Shown piece after piece: positions 7,638-17,600 of a stretch of DNA of 64,000 bases. How positions within the stretch are numbered: position 1 is the stretch's first letter; every line of letters begins with the position of its first letter. The DNA lies in assembly GCA_977020255.1 (NCBI GenBank), contig CDROCS010001101.1:310001-374000 (forward strand), in the 5' to 3' direction. Both the position numbers and the translations under genes were made by a program. Source of the stretch: Obrimoposthia wandeli (Eukaryota). Under the pieces are notes generated by a model. The model saw only the letters and a list, made by a program, of their open reading frames with translations, was not told the origin of the DNA and did no database searches.

Positions 7638-9242
7638 TCAACTAGCGATAAACAGTAGTGGTAATAGTAACAGACACAAAGAGTGAAATGTAACGCGCAT
7701 TGGTTTAAAGACAAAACCGAGCATAAATAGAATAAAGATAAGCACGCTAGCATTCGGATAAACACCACTGATTAGTTGCTCTTGCTCGAGCCAAATAGCA
7801 TCATTTACCGTTACCCTTGCCCAAATAGCTTGAATTCGATTTAAAACATCATTCACAATCATGAGTAATAGACCGCTAACCTTCGGGGTGATACCAACTA
7901 AGAGCACGGCTATCAACAACACGGGTAATACAAATACACTAAAAATAGGAATGAAAATCAAGTTGATGATGACAGAGATTAAGCTAACGCCCGAGAACAC
8001 CGACAGTTGCATCGGCAACATAAATAATGTCAATAGTACTTGGCTATGGCAAAGGTATACTAGCTTGCTTACAACTGCCTGTGCCGCCAATTTAATACGA
8101 TAACACTTGATACGATACCAAACTGCAATCACATTACCTTGCTTATCTAGCTCATTCACCTCACTCTTTTCACCAACATGGCTCTGCTGTTTGTTTAGCC
8201 AAACCAATATAAAGACAGCAGCCATAGCGAAAAAGGATAACCAAAAGCTAACCGAGAATGCCGTCAATGGATCGACGACTAAGGTAACCAACAGCATAAT
8301 AGAAAACAACTGTAACAACGTTACTTTATAATATTGCAGTCGATAAAGGCTGTGGATACCCAATAAAATGATCGCCCTTAACGCTGGTAACGAAAACCCC
8401 GCTATCCACGCATAAAATAGAGCTGCGAGCAAACTAAGCACTAAAGTAATACTTAGTTGATAAGGCTGATTAAATACTCTCAATAATGGCTGTATACAGG
8501 CATAAAAAAAGCCAAATATAAGCCCTATATGCAAACCAGAGATAGCCACAAGGTGCCCAATCCCTAATAATTTAAACTGCGTCCATAATTCATTACTAAT
8601 GTAACTCCTATCACCAAAACTTAACGCATACAGCATAGGGTTACTGTTGTCAGGCAAAATTGATTTAAATACTTGGTACAACTCCCCACGTAAACTAAAC
8701 TTAGAGTTGATTATTTCGCCTTTATCAATAAAACCGGTATAACGTATATGATGTGCTAATAATCTCGATTCTTTGGTATCGATAAGGCGTACCTTAAATC
8801 GCCATACTTGACCAATACCTAAGTCTCCTTCGTAGTGGTACTCTGGGTTTAGCCACTTTAACCTAAGCTTTGGCTGATAATAAGGCGTCTCCTGACCATT
8901 AATGTCAATGACGTTCACATCAAACGAAAGTCGATTTTTATTATTTACTAATGTTATTAGTTCGGCTGTTATGATATTGTCTTCAACTACTCTTTTTGAT
9001 GATTCTTTGTATTGCCACTTTGTATTAAGCAGTAACATATTTGCTTCATTTATGACGTTATTTTTATATATTACAGACCAAGACAGAGTAATAAACAGCA
9101 ATACTAATATAGGTGTTATCTTCAAGTAAAAAATGGTAAAGGCAGCGACTGCCATTATCGTAATATATTCAATACGTTCGATATCAATAAAGAACATACT
9201 TATTAATATGGTAATGGAAAGTAATATGGCCTTAAAGGGCAT
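7638..9242 (-). CDS. comEC: ComEC/Rec2 DNA uptake channel, short form without the metallo-beta-lactamase domain
   Basis: LSFGDRS, HLVAISGLHIG, GFSLPALRA, SFWLSF and NLIFIP competence-domain motifs. The ORF ends at 534 aa after a TM helix. Confidence 0.88.
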   Translation of the reverse strand: MPFKAILLSITILISMFFIDIERIEYITIMAVAAFTIFYLKITPILVLLFITLSWSVIYKNNVINEANMLLLNTKWQYKESSKRVVEDNIITAELITLVNNKNRLSFDVNVIDINGQETPYYQPKLRLKWLNPEYHYEGDLGIGQVWRFKVRLIDTKESRLLAHHIRYTGFIDKGEIINSKFSLRGELYQVFKSILPDNSNPMLYALSFGDRSYISNELWTQFKLLGIGHLVAISGLHIGLIFGFFYACIQPLLRVFNQPYQLSITLVLSLLAALFYAWIAGFSLPALRAIILLGIHSLYRLQYYKVTLLQLFSIMLLVTLVVDPLTAFSVSFWLSFFAMAAVFILVWLNKQQSHVGEKSEVNELDKQGNVIAVWYRIKCYRIKLAAQAVVSKLVYLCHSQVLLTLFMLPMQLSVFSGVSLISVIINLIFIPIFSVFVLPVLLIAVLLVGITPKVSGLLLMIVNDVLNRIQAIWARVTVNDAIWLEQEQLISGVYPNASVLIFILFMLGFVFKPMRVTFHSLCLLLLPLLFIAS

Positions 9243-9270
9243 TCATTACCCCTGACATTTGATTAGAATT

Positions 9271-9789
9271 ATGCCTAAGAATTTAATTAAAAAATATCTC
9301 CCAAACCCTGAATCAATCAAAGAACATAAGCATCTTAGAATCTTTGGTGATTTACTAAATAACGCAAACCTTTGGCACTTAAATCGCCGCTCAGCTGCTG
9401 GTGCTTTTGCTGTTGGTCTATTTATGGCCTTTGTACCAGTGCCTTTCCAGATGTTGCTGGCAGCTGGTTTTGCCATTTTATTTCGTGTTAACTTACCGCT
9501 CTCTGTCGCCCTTGTATGGCTATCTAACCCAGTGACTATGCCACCGATGTTTTATGCCACTTATGTCTTAGGCGCGTGGATATTACAAGTACCCGTACAT
9601 CCATTCTCCTTTGAATTAACAATGGAATGGCTGATACAGGCAATATCGTTATATGGCCCTGCTTTTTTACTAGGCTGCTTTGTATCTGGTACATTCTTTT
9701 CTATTCTTGGTTATTTTAGTATCCGCTGGCTATGGCGCTGGAAAATAATCAATGCATGGAACAAACGTAAAGAGTCACGCACAAAATAA
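9271..9789 (+). CDS. DUF2062 domain membrane protein
   Basis: NLWHLNRRSAAGAFAVGLF, NLPLSVALVWLSNPVTMPP. ATG 9271 (MPKNLIKKYLP) is preferred to TTG 9259. Confidence 0.9.
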   Translation: MPKNLIKKYLPNPESIKEHKHLRIFGDLLNNANLWHLNRRSAAGAFAVGLFMAFVPVPFQMLLAAGFAILFRVNLPLSVALVWLSNPVTMPPMFYATYVLGAWILQVPVHPFSFELTMEWLIQAISLYGPAFLLGCFVSGTFFSILGYFSIRWLWRWKIINAWNKRKESRTK

Positions 9790-9803
9790 CAATTGAAAAT
9801 GCG

Positions 9804-9840
9804 AAGGCCACAGCACTAAACCAGTGATGTGGCCTTTTTT
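9804..9840 (+). terminator. Intrinsic terminator after the DUF2062 gene
   Basis: aaggccaca...tgtggcctt stem followed by a T run. Confidence 0.8.
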
Positions 9841-10064
9841 ATGTTCTATGTTCTTTGACGAATTTGGACAATGAGTGCATGCGAGCTATCTTGACGATCT
9901 CCAGACCGCAGTTTTTATCAGCTGTAAAGGGCATGAATGTCGAGTTAGGCTAGCGTAATAAATATAGTTGTAAAAAGGTAAGGAGCATGGGTAAGGCTAG
10001 ATATGATAGAGCAGGACGCTAAACTGTGGCCAAATCCGTTGACCACAAAGTTATAATTTATTCG

Positions 10065-10457
10065 TTATTCTTCAATACCGTCTTTAATAAACCAAACGTT
10101 AGTAAAGCCTAGTTTAGTAAAATGATTTTTACGGAACTCTCTGACAGATTTAGTACCCTTAGATACATCTTCAACTTGTTTTTCCATCATCATATATTGC
10201 GTTAGATCGATCCCTTCTTCTGCAGCAACTGCTTCATAAATATGGTGAAACTTGCGATATGAGAATGGAATCTTCTTATCTTCTTTGTTATAAGTATAGG
10301 TAACTAGGTGGGCCAAAATGCCTCCAAATAATAATTGAATTCGATAGTCGTTTAACGAATATCGAGATCTTACTGATAATTTATCAAAATTGAACTGATA
10401 ATTTGTGCAGATAATACCACACTCGCCCCTTTCGTCAAAAGTTGAGTCTGGTATCAC
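10065..10457 (-). CDS. AT-rich hypothetical ORF or gene fragment
   Basis: Open frame of 130 codons from GTG 10457, 13 nt after the ycfH stop. No strong SD and no recognisable motif. An imperfect hairpin (tgtggccaa...ttgaccaca) lies near 10025-10047. Confidence 0.4.
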   Translation of the reverse strand: MIPDSTFDERGECGIICTNYQFNFDKLSVRSRYSLNDYRIQLLFGGILAHLVTYTYNKEDKKIPFSYRKFHHIYEAVAAEEGIDLTQYMMMEKQVEDVSKGTKSVREFRKNHFTKLGFTNVWFIKDGIEE

Positions 10458-10470
10458 GCTTATGTCGATA

Positions 10471-11244
10471 TTACTTTTTAGCGTTAAACAGCTTAAAGTA
10501 GTTATCTGTTGTTGTTTCTGCGAGTTCAGCAAAGCTTACACCGCGCAACTCAGCAACAAACTCCGCAACAGCTCGTACATACGCTGGTTGATTCTCTTTA
10601 CCACGGTACGGAACAGGCGCGAGGTATGGAGAGTCCGTTTCAACAAGTAAACGGTCAGCTGGAATTGTCTTCACAACTTCTTGTAAATCTTTCGCTGATT
10701 TAAATGTCACAATACCAGAAATAGAGATATAAAAGCCCATTTCTAATACCGCAGCAGCCATCGCATCAGATTCAGTGAAACAATGGATAACACCGCCAAT
10801 TTGCTCTGCACCTTCTTCTTTTAAGATGCGGATAGTATCGTCAACAGCACCACGGGTATGAATAATCAGCGGTTTTTTTAGTTCAATAGCCACTTGAATG
10901 TGATTACGGAATGACGCTTGCTGAATATCCTTATTTTCAGGTGAATAGAAATAATCTAAACCCGTTTCACCAATAGCAACGACTTTTTCATTTTGTGCTA
11001 ATGCCAATAACTCTGACTTTTCGTACTCATCTTCAAGGTTAAGTGGATGAACACCACACGAAGCGTGAATATTATCAAAATCAGCAATCAATTCGATCAT
11101 CGTTTTAAAACGCGGCAATGTGACTGACACGCTAAGTAAGTGTGAAACACCGCGTTCAGTTGCTTTGTTCACAACGTCCGCAAGGTCGGTATGAATGGTA
11201 TCGTAATTTAATCCATCTAAATGGCAATGAGAATCTACTAGCAT
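10471..11244 (-). CDS. ycfH: TatD family DNase YcfH
   Basis: DSHCHLD, GVHP, AIGETGLDY, PLIIHTR, GVIHCF, LVETDSPYLAP. Confidence 0.95.
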   Translation of the reverse strand: MLVDSHCHLDGLNYDTIHTDLADVVNKATERGVSHLLSVSVTLPRFKTMIELIADFDNIHASCGVHPLNLEDEYEKSELLALAQNEKVVAIGETGLDYFYSPENKDIQQASFRNHIQVAIELKKPLIIHTRGAVDDTIRILKEEGAEQIGGVIHCFTESDAMAAAVLEMGFYISISGIVTFKSAKDLQEVVKTIPADRLLVETDSPYLAPVPYRGKENQPAYVRAVAEFVAELRGVSFAELAETTTDNYFKLFNAKK

Positions 11245-11245
11245 A

Positions 11246-12217
11246 TTAATTTATAAATCTTTTAAGTTTGATCAAAAAGGACAGCACTAAGGTCTCAGCC
11301 GTTAAATTATTATTTTGCATTAATAACTGACGAAGCTCTGTTAGTTCTGATTGTAGTTGAGTAATCTTATCTGCTGATAATTGTGTGGAAAAATGCGTTA
11401 ACCACTCTAGTTGGTCAGTATTAACAATATAATCAATACTCACTCCTCGAGCCACTTTCTGTAAATCCAGTAAGATAAATTGTAACCAAGATAATTTTTC
11501 TAATGTTCGGTCTGAAATAATTTCACATAAACGTGTAATAGCCGCTGGCTGTTGCGTTAACAAGGCGATATTAGAAAATATCTCTTTACGTAAATCATCA
11601 TCGCCATTATTTAAATAACTTAGCGTGTGTAAAGGTGCGCCATGATTAACCCGGATCGCAGTCAACGTAGGACTTTCAATCGGGAACTGCTGTTGCAACC
11701 AAGTTAATGTATCTTGCTCTGCTGGTGCTGGCAGGTGTAATTTCTGACAACGGCTAAAAATTGTCGGCAATACTTGCGCTTTATTTTCAGCAAGTAAAAT
11801 AATATAACTGCCATCACTCGGCTCTTCTAACGTTTTAAGTAAGGCGTTAGCTGACGCGAGATTAAAACTTTCAGCATGCTCGATGATCACAACCTTATTA
11901 CCGCCAAGTTGTGAGTGTTCATTTAACTTCTGGCTGATGTTACGGATTAGATCAACACCAATGACTTTACCCGGCTCTGTAGAAACCAAGTAATAATCAG
12001 GATGTACACTGGTCTCGAATAACTGACATGGGTGACAATCATGACAAGGTTCCCAACCGATAGGCTCTTTACAGAGTAACGTTTGAGCTAGCACCTGTGC
12101 GTAAGACAACTTCCCCATACCGTTAGGACTGGTAATAAACAAAGCATGATGCAAACGACCCGCTGTCATTTGCGTTTGCTGTTTTTCCCAATGCGGTAAT
12201 AACCAAGGATATAGCAT
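11246..12217 (-). CDS. holB: DNA polymerase III subunit delta-prime
   Basis: GRLHHALFI, C-C-C-C zinc motif, HPD, ASANALLKTLEEP, TIFSRCQ. Confidence 0.95.
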   Translation of the reverse strand: MLYPWLLPHWEKQQTQMTAGRLHHALFITSPNGMGKLSYAQVLAQTLLCKEPIGWEPCHDCHPCQLFETSVHPDYYLVSTEPGKVIGVDLIRNISQKLNEHSQLGGNKVVIIEHAESFNLASANALLKTLEEPSDGSYIILLAENKAQVLPTIFSRCQKLHLPAPAEQDTLTWLQQQFPIESPTLTAIRVNHGAPLHTLSYLNNGDDDLRKEIFSNIALLTQQPAAITRLCEIISDRTLEKLSWLQFILLDLQKVARGVSIDYIVNTDQLEWLTHFSTQLSADKITQLQSELTELRQLLMQNNNLTAETLVLSFLIKLKRFIN

Positions 12218-12221
12218 CTTA

Positions 12222-12881
12222 TTAATCTACATTGTTGTGATGACAATTAACATTAGCAGTTAATACGTCACGAATTTGTAATTGCACGTTATCAATATTC
12301 TGACCAGCATCGACACTATAAATACTGTCGTCTGCAGCAGCAAGCTCTTGGTATTTAGCACCGATACGCTGGAAAAAAGACAATTGTTCTAACTCAATGC
12401 GATCTAACTCGCCACGCACTTTTGCACGCTGCAAACCAACTGCAGGATCAATATCTAATAATAACGTCACATCAGGTTTAAAGTCACCAATCGCAACATG
12501 GCGTAATGTATTTAATACATCAATATCAAAACCGCGACCACCACCTTGATAAGCGATAGAAGACAAGTCATGGCGATCGCCAACAACCCATTGGCCTTTC
12601 GCTAACGCAGGCTTAATTACATTTTCAACGAGCTGTGCGCGTGCTGCATACATCAACATGAGTTCAGCGGATTCGGTTAACGGTTCTTCGGTATCAACGT
12701 CTTTAACAATCGCACGCATTTTCTCAGCTAATTTTGTGCCGCCAGGTTCACGTGTGGTGATCACATCCGTGATCCCCTGCTCTGCCAGCCAATTAATTAC
12801 AGTGCTAACTGCGGTACTTTTACCTGCGCCTTCAAGGCCTTCGATTACTAAAAATTTTGCTTGCACAATGACTCTCTTCAA
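12222..12881 (-). CDS. tmk: Thymidylate (dTMP) kinase; real start is probably the GTG 15 nt inside (MQAKF)
   Basis: [42 protein letters not shown]. Confidence 0.95.
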   Translation of the reverse strand: MKRVIVQAKFLVIEGLEGAGKSTAVSTVINWLAEQGITDVITTREPGGTKLAEKMRAIVKDVDTEEPLTESAELMLMYAARAQLVENVIKPALAKGQWVVGDRHDLSSIAYQGGGRGFDIDVLNTLRHVAIGDFKPDVTLLLDIDPAVGLQRAKVRGELDRIELEQLSFFQRIGAKYQELAAADDSIYSVDAGQNIDNVQLQIRDVLTANVNCHHNNVD

Positions 12882-12882
12882 T

Positions 12883-13881
12883 TTATTTCTTTAAAATGTA
12901 TTTACGAACAGCACGATTGTGTTCTTTTAAATTCTTGGAAAAATAGTGGCCGCCATCGCCGCTGGCAACAAAGTACAAATAATTTGTTGTTGCTGGGTGT
13001 AATGCAGCATCAATCGATGTTTTACCGACCATAGCTATAGGCGTTGGTGGTAGTCGCTTAATCACGTAAGTGTTGTAAGCCGTTTTTTGACGTAAATCTT
13101 TACGGCGAATATTGCCTTTATAATCATCACCCATCCCATAAATAACAGTAGGATCGGTTTGCAGACGCATACGCCTATTCAAACGATTGATAAACACAGA
13201 GCCAACTGTCGTTCTTTCACTTTCCAAGCCTGTTTCTTTTTCAATAATCGAGGCAAGGATCAATGCTTCATAGGCACTTTTAAGCGGTAATTTTTTATCT
13301 CTTGATTGCCATGCTTCATCTAAATAAGCTTGTAACTTTTTATGTGACTTTAGGTACAAAGCAGAAACTAAGGTACCTTCAGGATAGAAATAAGTTTCTG
13401 GGAGCAGCAGTCCTTCAAGTTTTGGATTATCGATGTTTAACAGCTGTGCTATCTCTGGTTCAGATAAGCCCGCGGTATCATCAATAATACCGCTCGCTTG
13501 CGATAATTGCTGACGCCACTCTTTAAATGTAGAGCCTTCGATAAAAGTGATTTTATGCTGGAATTCATCACCAGAGACAAGGTGTTCAAATAATGTTTTA
13601 AAGTCCCAACCTGCTGTGACTTTATAAGATCCAAGCTTGATCTTGGTAATATTCGGATGCTGCTTGAAAAATAAGCGTAAGAATACTTTGGATTCCATAT
13701 CTGGTGCTGCAATCATGCTATTTGCAATTGATCGGGCAGTATCACCTGAAGCAACAGTTAAAACCTGATCGGATTGAACACGATCAACAGAAACAAAGGA
13801 TTGATAGCGTGAATAAAAAAGTACGCATGCAATAAGTAGAATGGTAAACAATAAGGAAACAGCTGTGATTATTTTTTTCAT
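12883..13881 (-). CDS. mltG: Endolytic peptidoglycan transglycosylase MltG (YceG)
   Basis: [40 protein letters not shown]. Confidence 0.95.
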   Translation of the reverse strand: MKKIITAVSLLFTILLIACVLFYSRYQSFVSVDRVQSDQVLTVASGDTARSIANSMIAAPDMESKVFLRLFFKQHPNITKIKLGSYKVTAGWDFKTLFEHLVSGDEFQHKITFIEGSTFKEWRQQLSQASGIIDDTAGLSEPEIAQLLNIDNPKLEGLLLPETYFYPEGTLVSALYLKSHKKLQAYLDEAWQSRDKKLPLKSAYEALILASIIEKETGLESERTTVGSVFINRLNRRMRLQTDPTVIYGMGDDYKGNIRRKDLRQKTAYNTYVIKRLPPTPIAMVGKTSIDAALHPATTNYLYFVASGDGGHYFSKNLKEHNRAVRKYILKK

Positions 13882-13936
13882 GGCTCGATGCGTAAATTAA
13901 ATTCAACGCACATTTTACACCAATGAAAAATTGTTT

Positions 13937-13974
13937 GATACATGTAAGGTGTGTTTAATCGCCTTACATGTATC
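13937..13974. other. Perfect 13-bp inverted repeat downstream of fabF, possible terminator
   Basis: gatacatgtaagg ... ccttacatgtatc with a 12-nt loop. Confidence 0.6.
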
Positions 13975-14051
13975 TATCAAATAGCAAAAAAACATTTATT
14001 TTTCATGTTAGCCATAAAAAATAAAGTCCCTCGCTTTATGTTTTTGATATT

Positions 14052-15299
14052 TTAGTCTGCTTTTTTAAATAGCAGAGAACCGTTAGTACCGCCGAAACCA
14101 AATGAATTGGATAATGCATATTCCATATTCACAGGGCGAGCACCGTCAGTCACATAATCAAGATCACAACCTTCGCTTGGATTTTCCAAGTTAATTGTTG
14201 GCGGTAAAATTTGATCTTTCAATGCCAGAATCGTAAAGATAGCTTCAATTGCACCAGCAGCACCTAATAGATGACCAGTCATTGATTTTGTTGAGCTAAC
14301 AGCAAGTTTATAAGCATGCTCACCAAATACTGATTTCACGGCAGCTGTTTCAGCTTTATCACCAGCAGGTGTTGATGTGCCATGGGCATTCACATAACCC
14401 ACTTTATCTGCGGTAATACCCGCATCAGCAATTGCATTATTCATTGATAACGCAGCGCCTGCACCGTCTTCAGGTGGTGATGTCATGTGGAATGCATCGC
14501 CACTCATACCAAAACCAGCTAATTCAGCATAAATAGTAGCACCACGAGCAACGGCGTGCTCATACTCTTCCAGCACTAATATGCCAGCGCCATCACCCAG
14601 CACAAAACCATCACGGTCTTTATCCCAAGGTCGACTTGCTTTCTGCGGTTCATCATTACGTGTTGAAAGCGCTTTAGCAGAACCAAAACCAGCCATCCCC
14701 ATTTCAGTAGAGGCTTTTTCAGCGCCGCCAGCAACCATCACATCTGCATCACCATAAGCGATCATGCGTGCTGATTGGCCAATACAGTGTGTACCTGATG
14801 TACATGCTGTCGCAATGGCAATGTTAGGACCTTTAAGGTTATTTCGAATAGAGACATGACCAGCAACCATATTAACGATTGTTGATGGTACGAAAAATGG
14901 GCTTACTTTACGTGCGCCGCCTTTAGCGAAACTCTGCACGTTTTGCTCGATAAGACCTAAGCCACCGATACCAGAGCCGATAGCAGTACCGATACGAGTT
15001 GCATTCTGCTCTGTGATGTCTAAACCAGAGTCTGTTAAAGCTTGTTCTGCAGCTGCAATACCATATTGAATGAATAAATCCATTTTACGGCAGTCTTTGC
15101 GATTGATCCCGACAGATTCTGCGTCAAAGTCATTAACTAAGCCAGCAAACTTTGTTGAAAAATTAGTGGTATCAAAGTGCTCAATATTTTCAATGCCGCT
15201 GATACCAGATTTAATCGCTTCCCATGCTGTTGCAACAGTGTTGCCAACCGGTGAAACAATACCTAATCCTGTAATTACAACTCTTCTATTATTAGCCAC
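14052..15299 (-). CDS. fabF: 3-oxoacyl-ACP synthase II
   Basis: [16 protein letters not shown] (catalytic Cys), [24 protein letters not shown]. Confidence 0.97.
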   Translation of the reverse strand: MANNRRVVITGLGIVSPVGNTVATAWEAIKSGISGIENIEHFDTTNFSTKFAGLVNDFDAESVGINRKDCRKMDLFIQYGIAAAEQALTDSGLDITEQNATRIGTAIGSGIGGLGLIEQNVQSFAKGGARKVSPFFVPSTIVNMVAGHVSIRNNLKGPNIAIATACTSGTHCIGQSARMIAYGDADVMVAGGAEKASTEMGMAGFGSAKALSTRNDEPQKASRPWDKDRDGFVLGDGAGILVLEEYEHAVARGATIYAELAGFGMSGDAFHMTSPPEDGAGAALSMNNAIADAGITADKVGYVNAHGTSTPAGDKAETAAVKSVFGEHAYKLAVSSTKSMTGHLLGAAGAIEAIFTILALKDQILPPTINLENPSEGCDLDYVTDGARPVNMEYALSNSFGFGGTNGSLLFKKAD

Positions 15300-15319
15300 A
15301 CTTGTTCTCCAAAATAGGC

Positions 15320-15347
15320 AAAAAAAAAGCGGTCTTGCGACCGCTTT
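15320..15347 (-). terminator. Intrinsic terminator between acpP and fabF
   Basis: Minus strand aaagcggtc-GCAA-gaccgcttt followed by a T run. Confidence 0.85.
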
Positions 15348-15414
15348 AACATTTATAAAGTAATTAGATAATCACTTTAATTGATTATGTCTCAGAGAGA
15401 ACTAATCAGCTGAA

Positions 15415-15651
15415 TTATTCAGCGCTAGAAACAACGTAGTCGATTGCAGCTTGAACAGTAGTGATTTTCTCTGCTTCATCATCAGGGATATCAGTATCGA
15501 ATTCTTCTTCTAGAGCCATAACAAGTTCAACTGTATCTAGAGAATCTGCACCTAGGTCATCAACAAAAGAAGCTTCGTTTTTAACTTCTTCTTCTTTAAC
15601 ACCAAGTTGTTCAATAATGATTTTTTTTACGCGTTCTTCGAAGTTACTCAT
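15415..15651 (-). CDS. acpP: Acyl carrier protein
   Basis: [20 protein letters not shown] phosphopantetheine motif. Confidence 0.98.
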   Translation of the reverse strand: MSNFEERVKKIIIEQLGVKEEEVKNEASFVDDLGADSLDTVELVMALEEEFDTDIPDDEAEKITTVQAAIDYVVSSAE

Positions 15652-15692
15652 TTTTTACTTTCCTTTGAAAAATATATAATGCTTTAATTAGC

Positions 15693-15746
15693 AGTTTATT
15701 GATTACTCATAAACTTGCAAGCCTTAACTCGGTGGTCAAACCACGA
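15693..15746 (-). promoter_or_regulatory. acpP promoter with an upstream FadR-like site
   Basis: TTGCAA(15720-15)-N16-TAAACT(15698-93). The 17-mer cggTGGTCaaACCAcga (15730-46) fits the FadR core TGGTCnGACCA. Confidence 0.55.
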
Positions 15747-15793
15747 TTGGTGAAAAAGATCGCAAATTTACAAACAAAATCAAATATAAATGG

Positions 15794-16528
15794 CTAAGCC
15801 ATGTACATGCCGCCATTTACATGGATGGTTTCACCCGTAATATAGCTTGCACCATCAGATGCTAAAAATCCAACTGTTTCAGCTATCTCAGTAGTACTAC
15901 CAAGACGACTGGTTGGTACTTGAGCTAAAATTGTTTGTTTTTGTTCTTCCGTTAATTCAGCTGTCATATCTGTTTCGATAAAACCAGGTGCAACTGCATT
16001 AACAGTGATACCGCGAGACGCGACTTCACTTGCAAGCGACTTAGTAAAACCTAACAATCCTGATTTAGCGGCTGCATAGTTCGCTTGGCCACCATTACCA
16101 GTTGTCCCAACAACAGAACCGATATTAATAATACGGCCATGGCGTTGTTTCATCATGCCACGTAAGCAAGGCTTACATAAACGGTATAATGAGGTCAAGT
16201 TAGTATCGATAACATTACACCATTCATCTTCTTTCATGCGCAAGAAGATGTTATCTGCTGTAATACCAGCGTTATTCACTAGAATATCAATGTGTCCAAC
16301 TTGCGTTTTTATTTCTGCATAAAGTGCGTCAACTGAATCTTGGCTTGTCACATTAAGCTCTAAGCCAAAACCAGCATCACCTAAATAGGCGCCAATACGT
16401 TCAGCACCTTGTGCAGATGTTGCAGTACCAATTACTTTGGCACCTAATTTAGCAAAATGTTCCGCAATTGCACGGCCAATACCACGGCTTGCGCCTGTAA
16501 CAAGTACTGTCTTATCTGAAAAACTCAT
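15794..16528 (-). CDS. fabG: 3-oxoacyl-ACP reductase
   Basis: VTGASRGIG, LVNNAGIT, NYAAAK, VNAVAPGFI, VNGG. Confidence 0.97.
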   Translation of the reverse strand: MSFSDKTVLVTGASRGIGRAIAEHFAKLGAKVIGTATSAQGAERIGAYLGDAGFGLELNVTSQDSVDALYAEIKTQVGHIDILVNNAGITADNIFLRMKEDEWCNVIDTNLTSLYRLCKPCLRGMMKQRHGRIINIGSVVGTTGNGGQANYAAAKSGLLGFTKSLASEVASRGITVNAVAPGFIETDMTAELTEEQKQTILAQVPTSRLGSTTEIAETVGFLASDGASYITGETIHVNGGMYMA

Positions 16529-16544
16529 TTATTTATTCCTAATA

Positions 16545-17468
16545 TTATACAAAATCAGCAATAGTTGCTTGATTGTTCACTGCACTACCTTTGATCGTTT
16601 TATCGATACGTTTTACAAGACCTGTTAATACTTTGCCAGGTCCAAATTCGTATAGTGCTGTAATTTCTTGTTGTGCCATTGTTTCAATTACTTCAGTCCA
16701 GCGTACTGGCATGTATAGTTGACGAACAAGTGCATCTTTAATACTTTCTGCATCTACTGGTGCCGCGACATCAACATTATTGATTAACTTGATGACAGGC
16801 GTATTAAATGTCACTTTTTCTAGTGCTAATTTTAATTCATCAGCAGCTGGTTTCATCAATGAACAATGTGAAGGTACACTTACTGGTAACGGCATAACAC
16901 GTCGAGCGCCCGCCGCTACACATAATTCAGATGCACGTGCTACTGCCGCTTTATTACCCGCAATAACAACTTGACCAGGTGAATTAAAGTTAACAGCTGA
17001 TACGACTTCATCTTCAGCCGCTGTTACGCAAGCTGCGATGATTGCATCGTTATCGAGACCAATCACAGCAGCCATTGCGCCAATACCCTGAGGTACAGCT
17101 TGCTGCATTAACTGACCACGCAATTCGACAAGCGCAATTGCATCTTCGAATTTAATCACTCCAGCACAAACAAGTGCTGAATATTCACCAAGACTGTGAC
17201 CGGCAACTAATGCAGGTTTAAAATCTTCTTTCGCGGCGGCTATGCGCCACAATGCAACAGAAGTAGCCAATAATGCAGGTTGCGTAATATGAGTTTGGCT
17301 TAATTCTTCAACTGTTCCATTTTGCACTAAATCCCATAGATCATAACCAAGTATTTCACTTGCTTGGGCAAACGTTTGTTCTACAACTAAATGGTCTGCA
17401 GCAAGATCTGCAAGCATACCGATTGTTTGTGAACCTTGACCAGGGAATACTACTGCATACTTTGACAT
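16545..17468 (-). CDS. fabD: Malonyl-CoA:ACP transacylase
   Basis: FPGQGSQ, TQPAL, GHSLGEY, R..LMQ, VSVPSH. Confidence 0.97.
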   Translation of the reverse strand: MSKYAVVFPGQGSQTIGMLADLAADHLVVEQTFAQASEILGYDLWDLVQNGTVEELSQTHITQPALLATSVALWRIAAAKEDFKPALVAGHSLGEYSALVCAGVIKFEDAIALVELRGQLMQQAVPQGIGAMAAVIGLDNDAIIAACVTAAEDEVVSAVNFNSPGQVVIAGNKAAVARASELCVAAGARRVMPLPVSVPSHCSLMKPAADELKLALEKVTFNTPVIKLINNVDVAAPVDAESIKDALVRQLYMPVRWTEVIETMAQQEITALYEFGPGKVLTGLVKRIDKTIKGSAVNNQATIADFV

Positions 17469-17600
17469 AAATTACCTATAAAAAATTAACAAAGATTCAT
17501 GTATCAATATAAAAATGAACTTATCTAACTAAAAAGTAATATGAGGATATCGATTGGATTTTTCAAGAGAAGAGGCAAATAAAATAATAAAAATAGGGCC

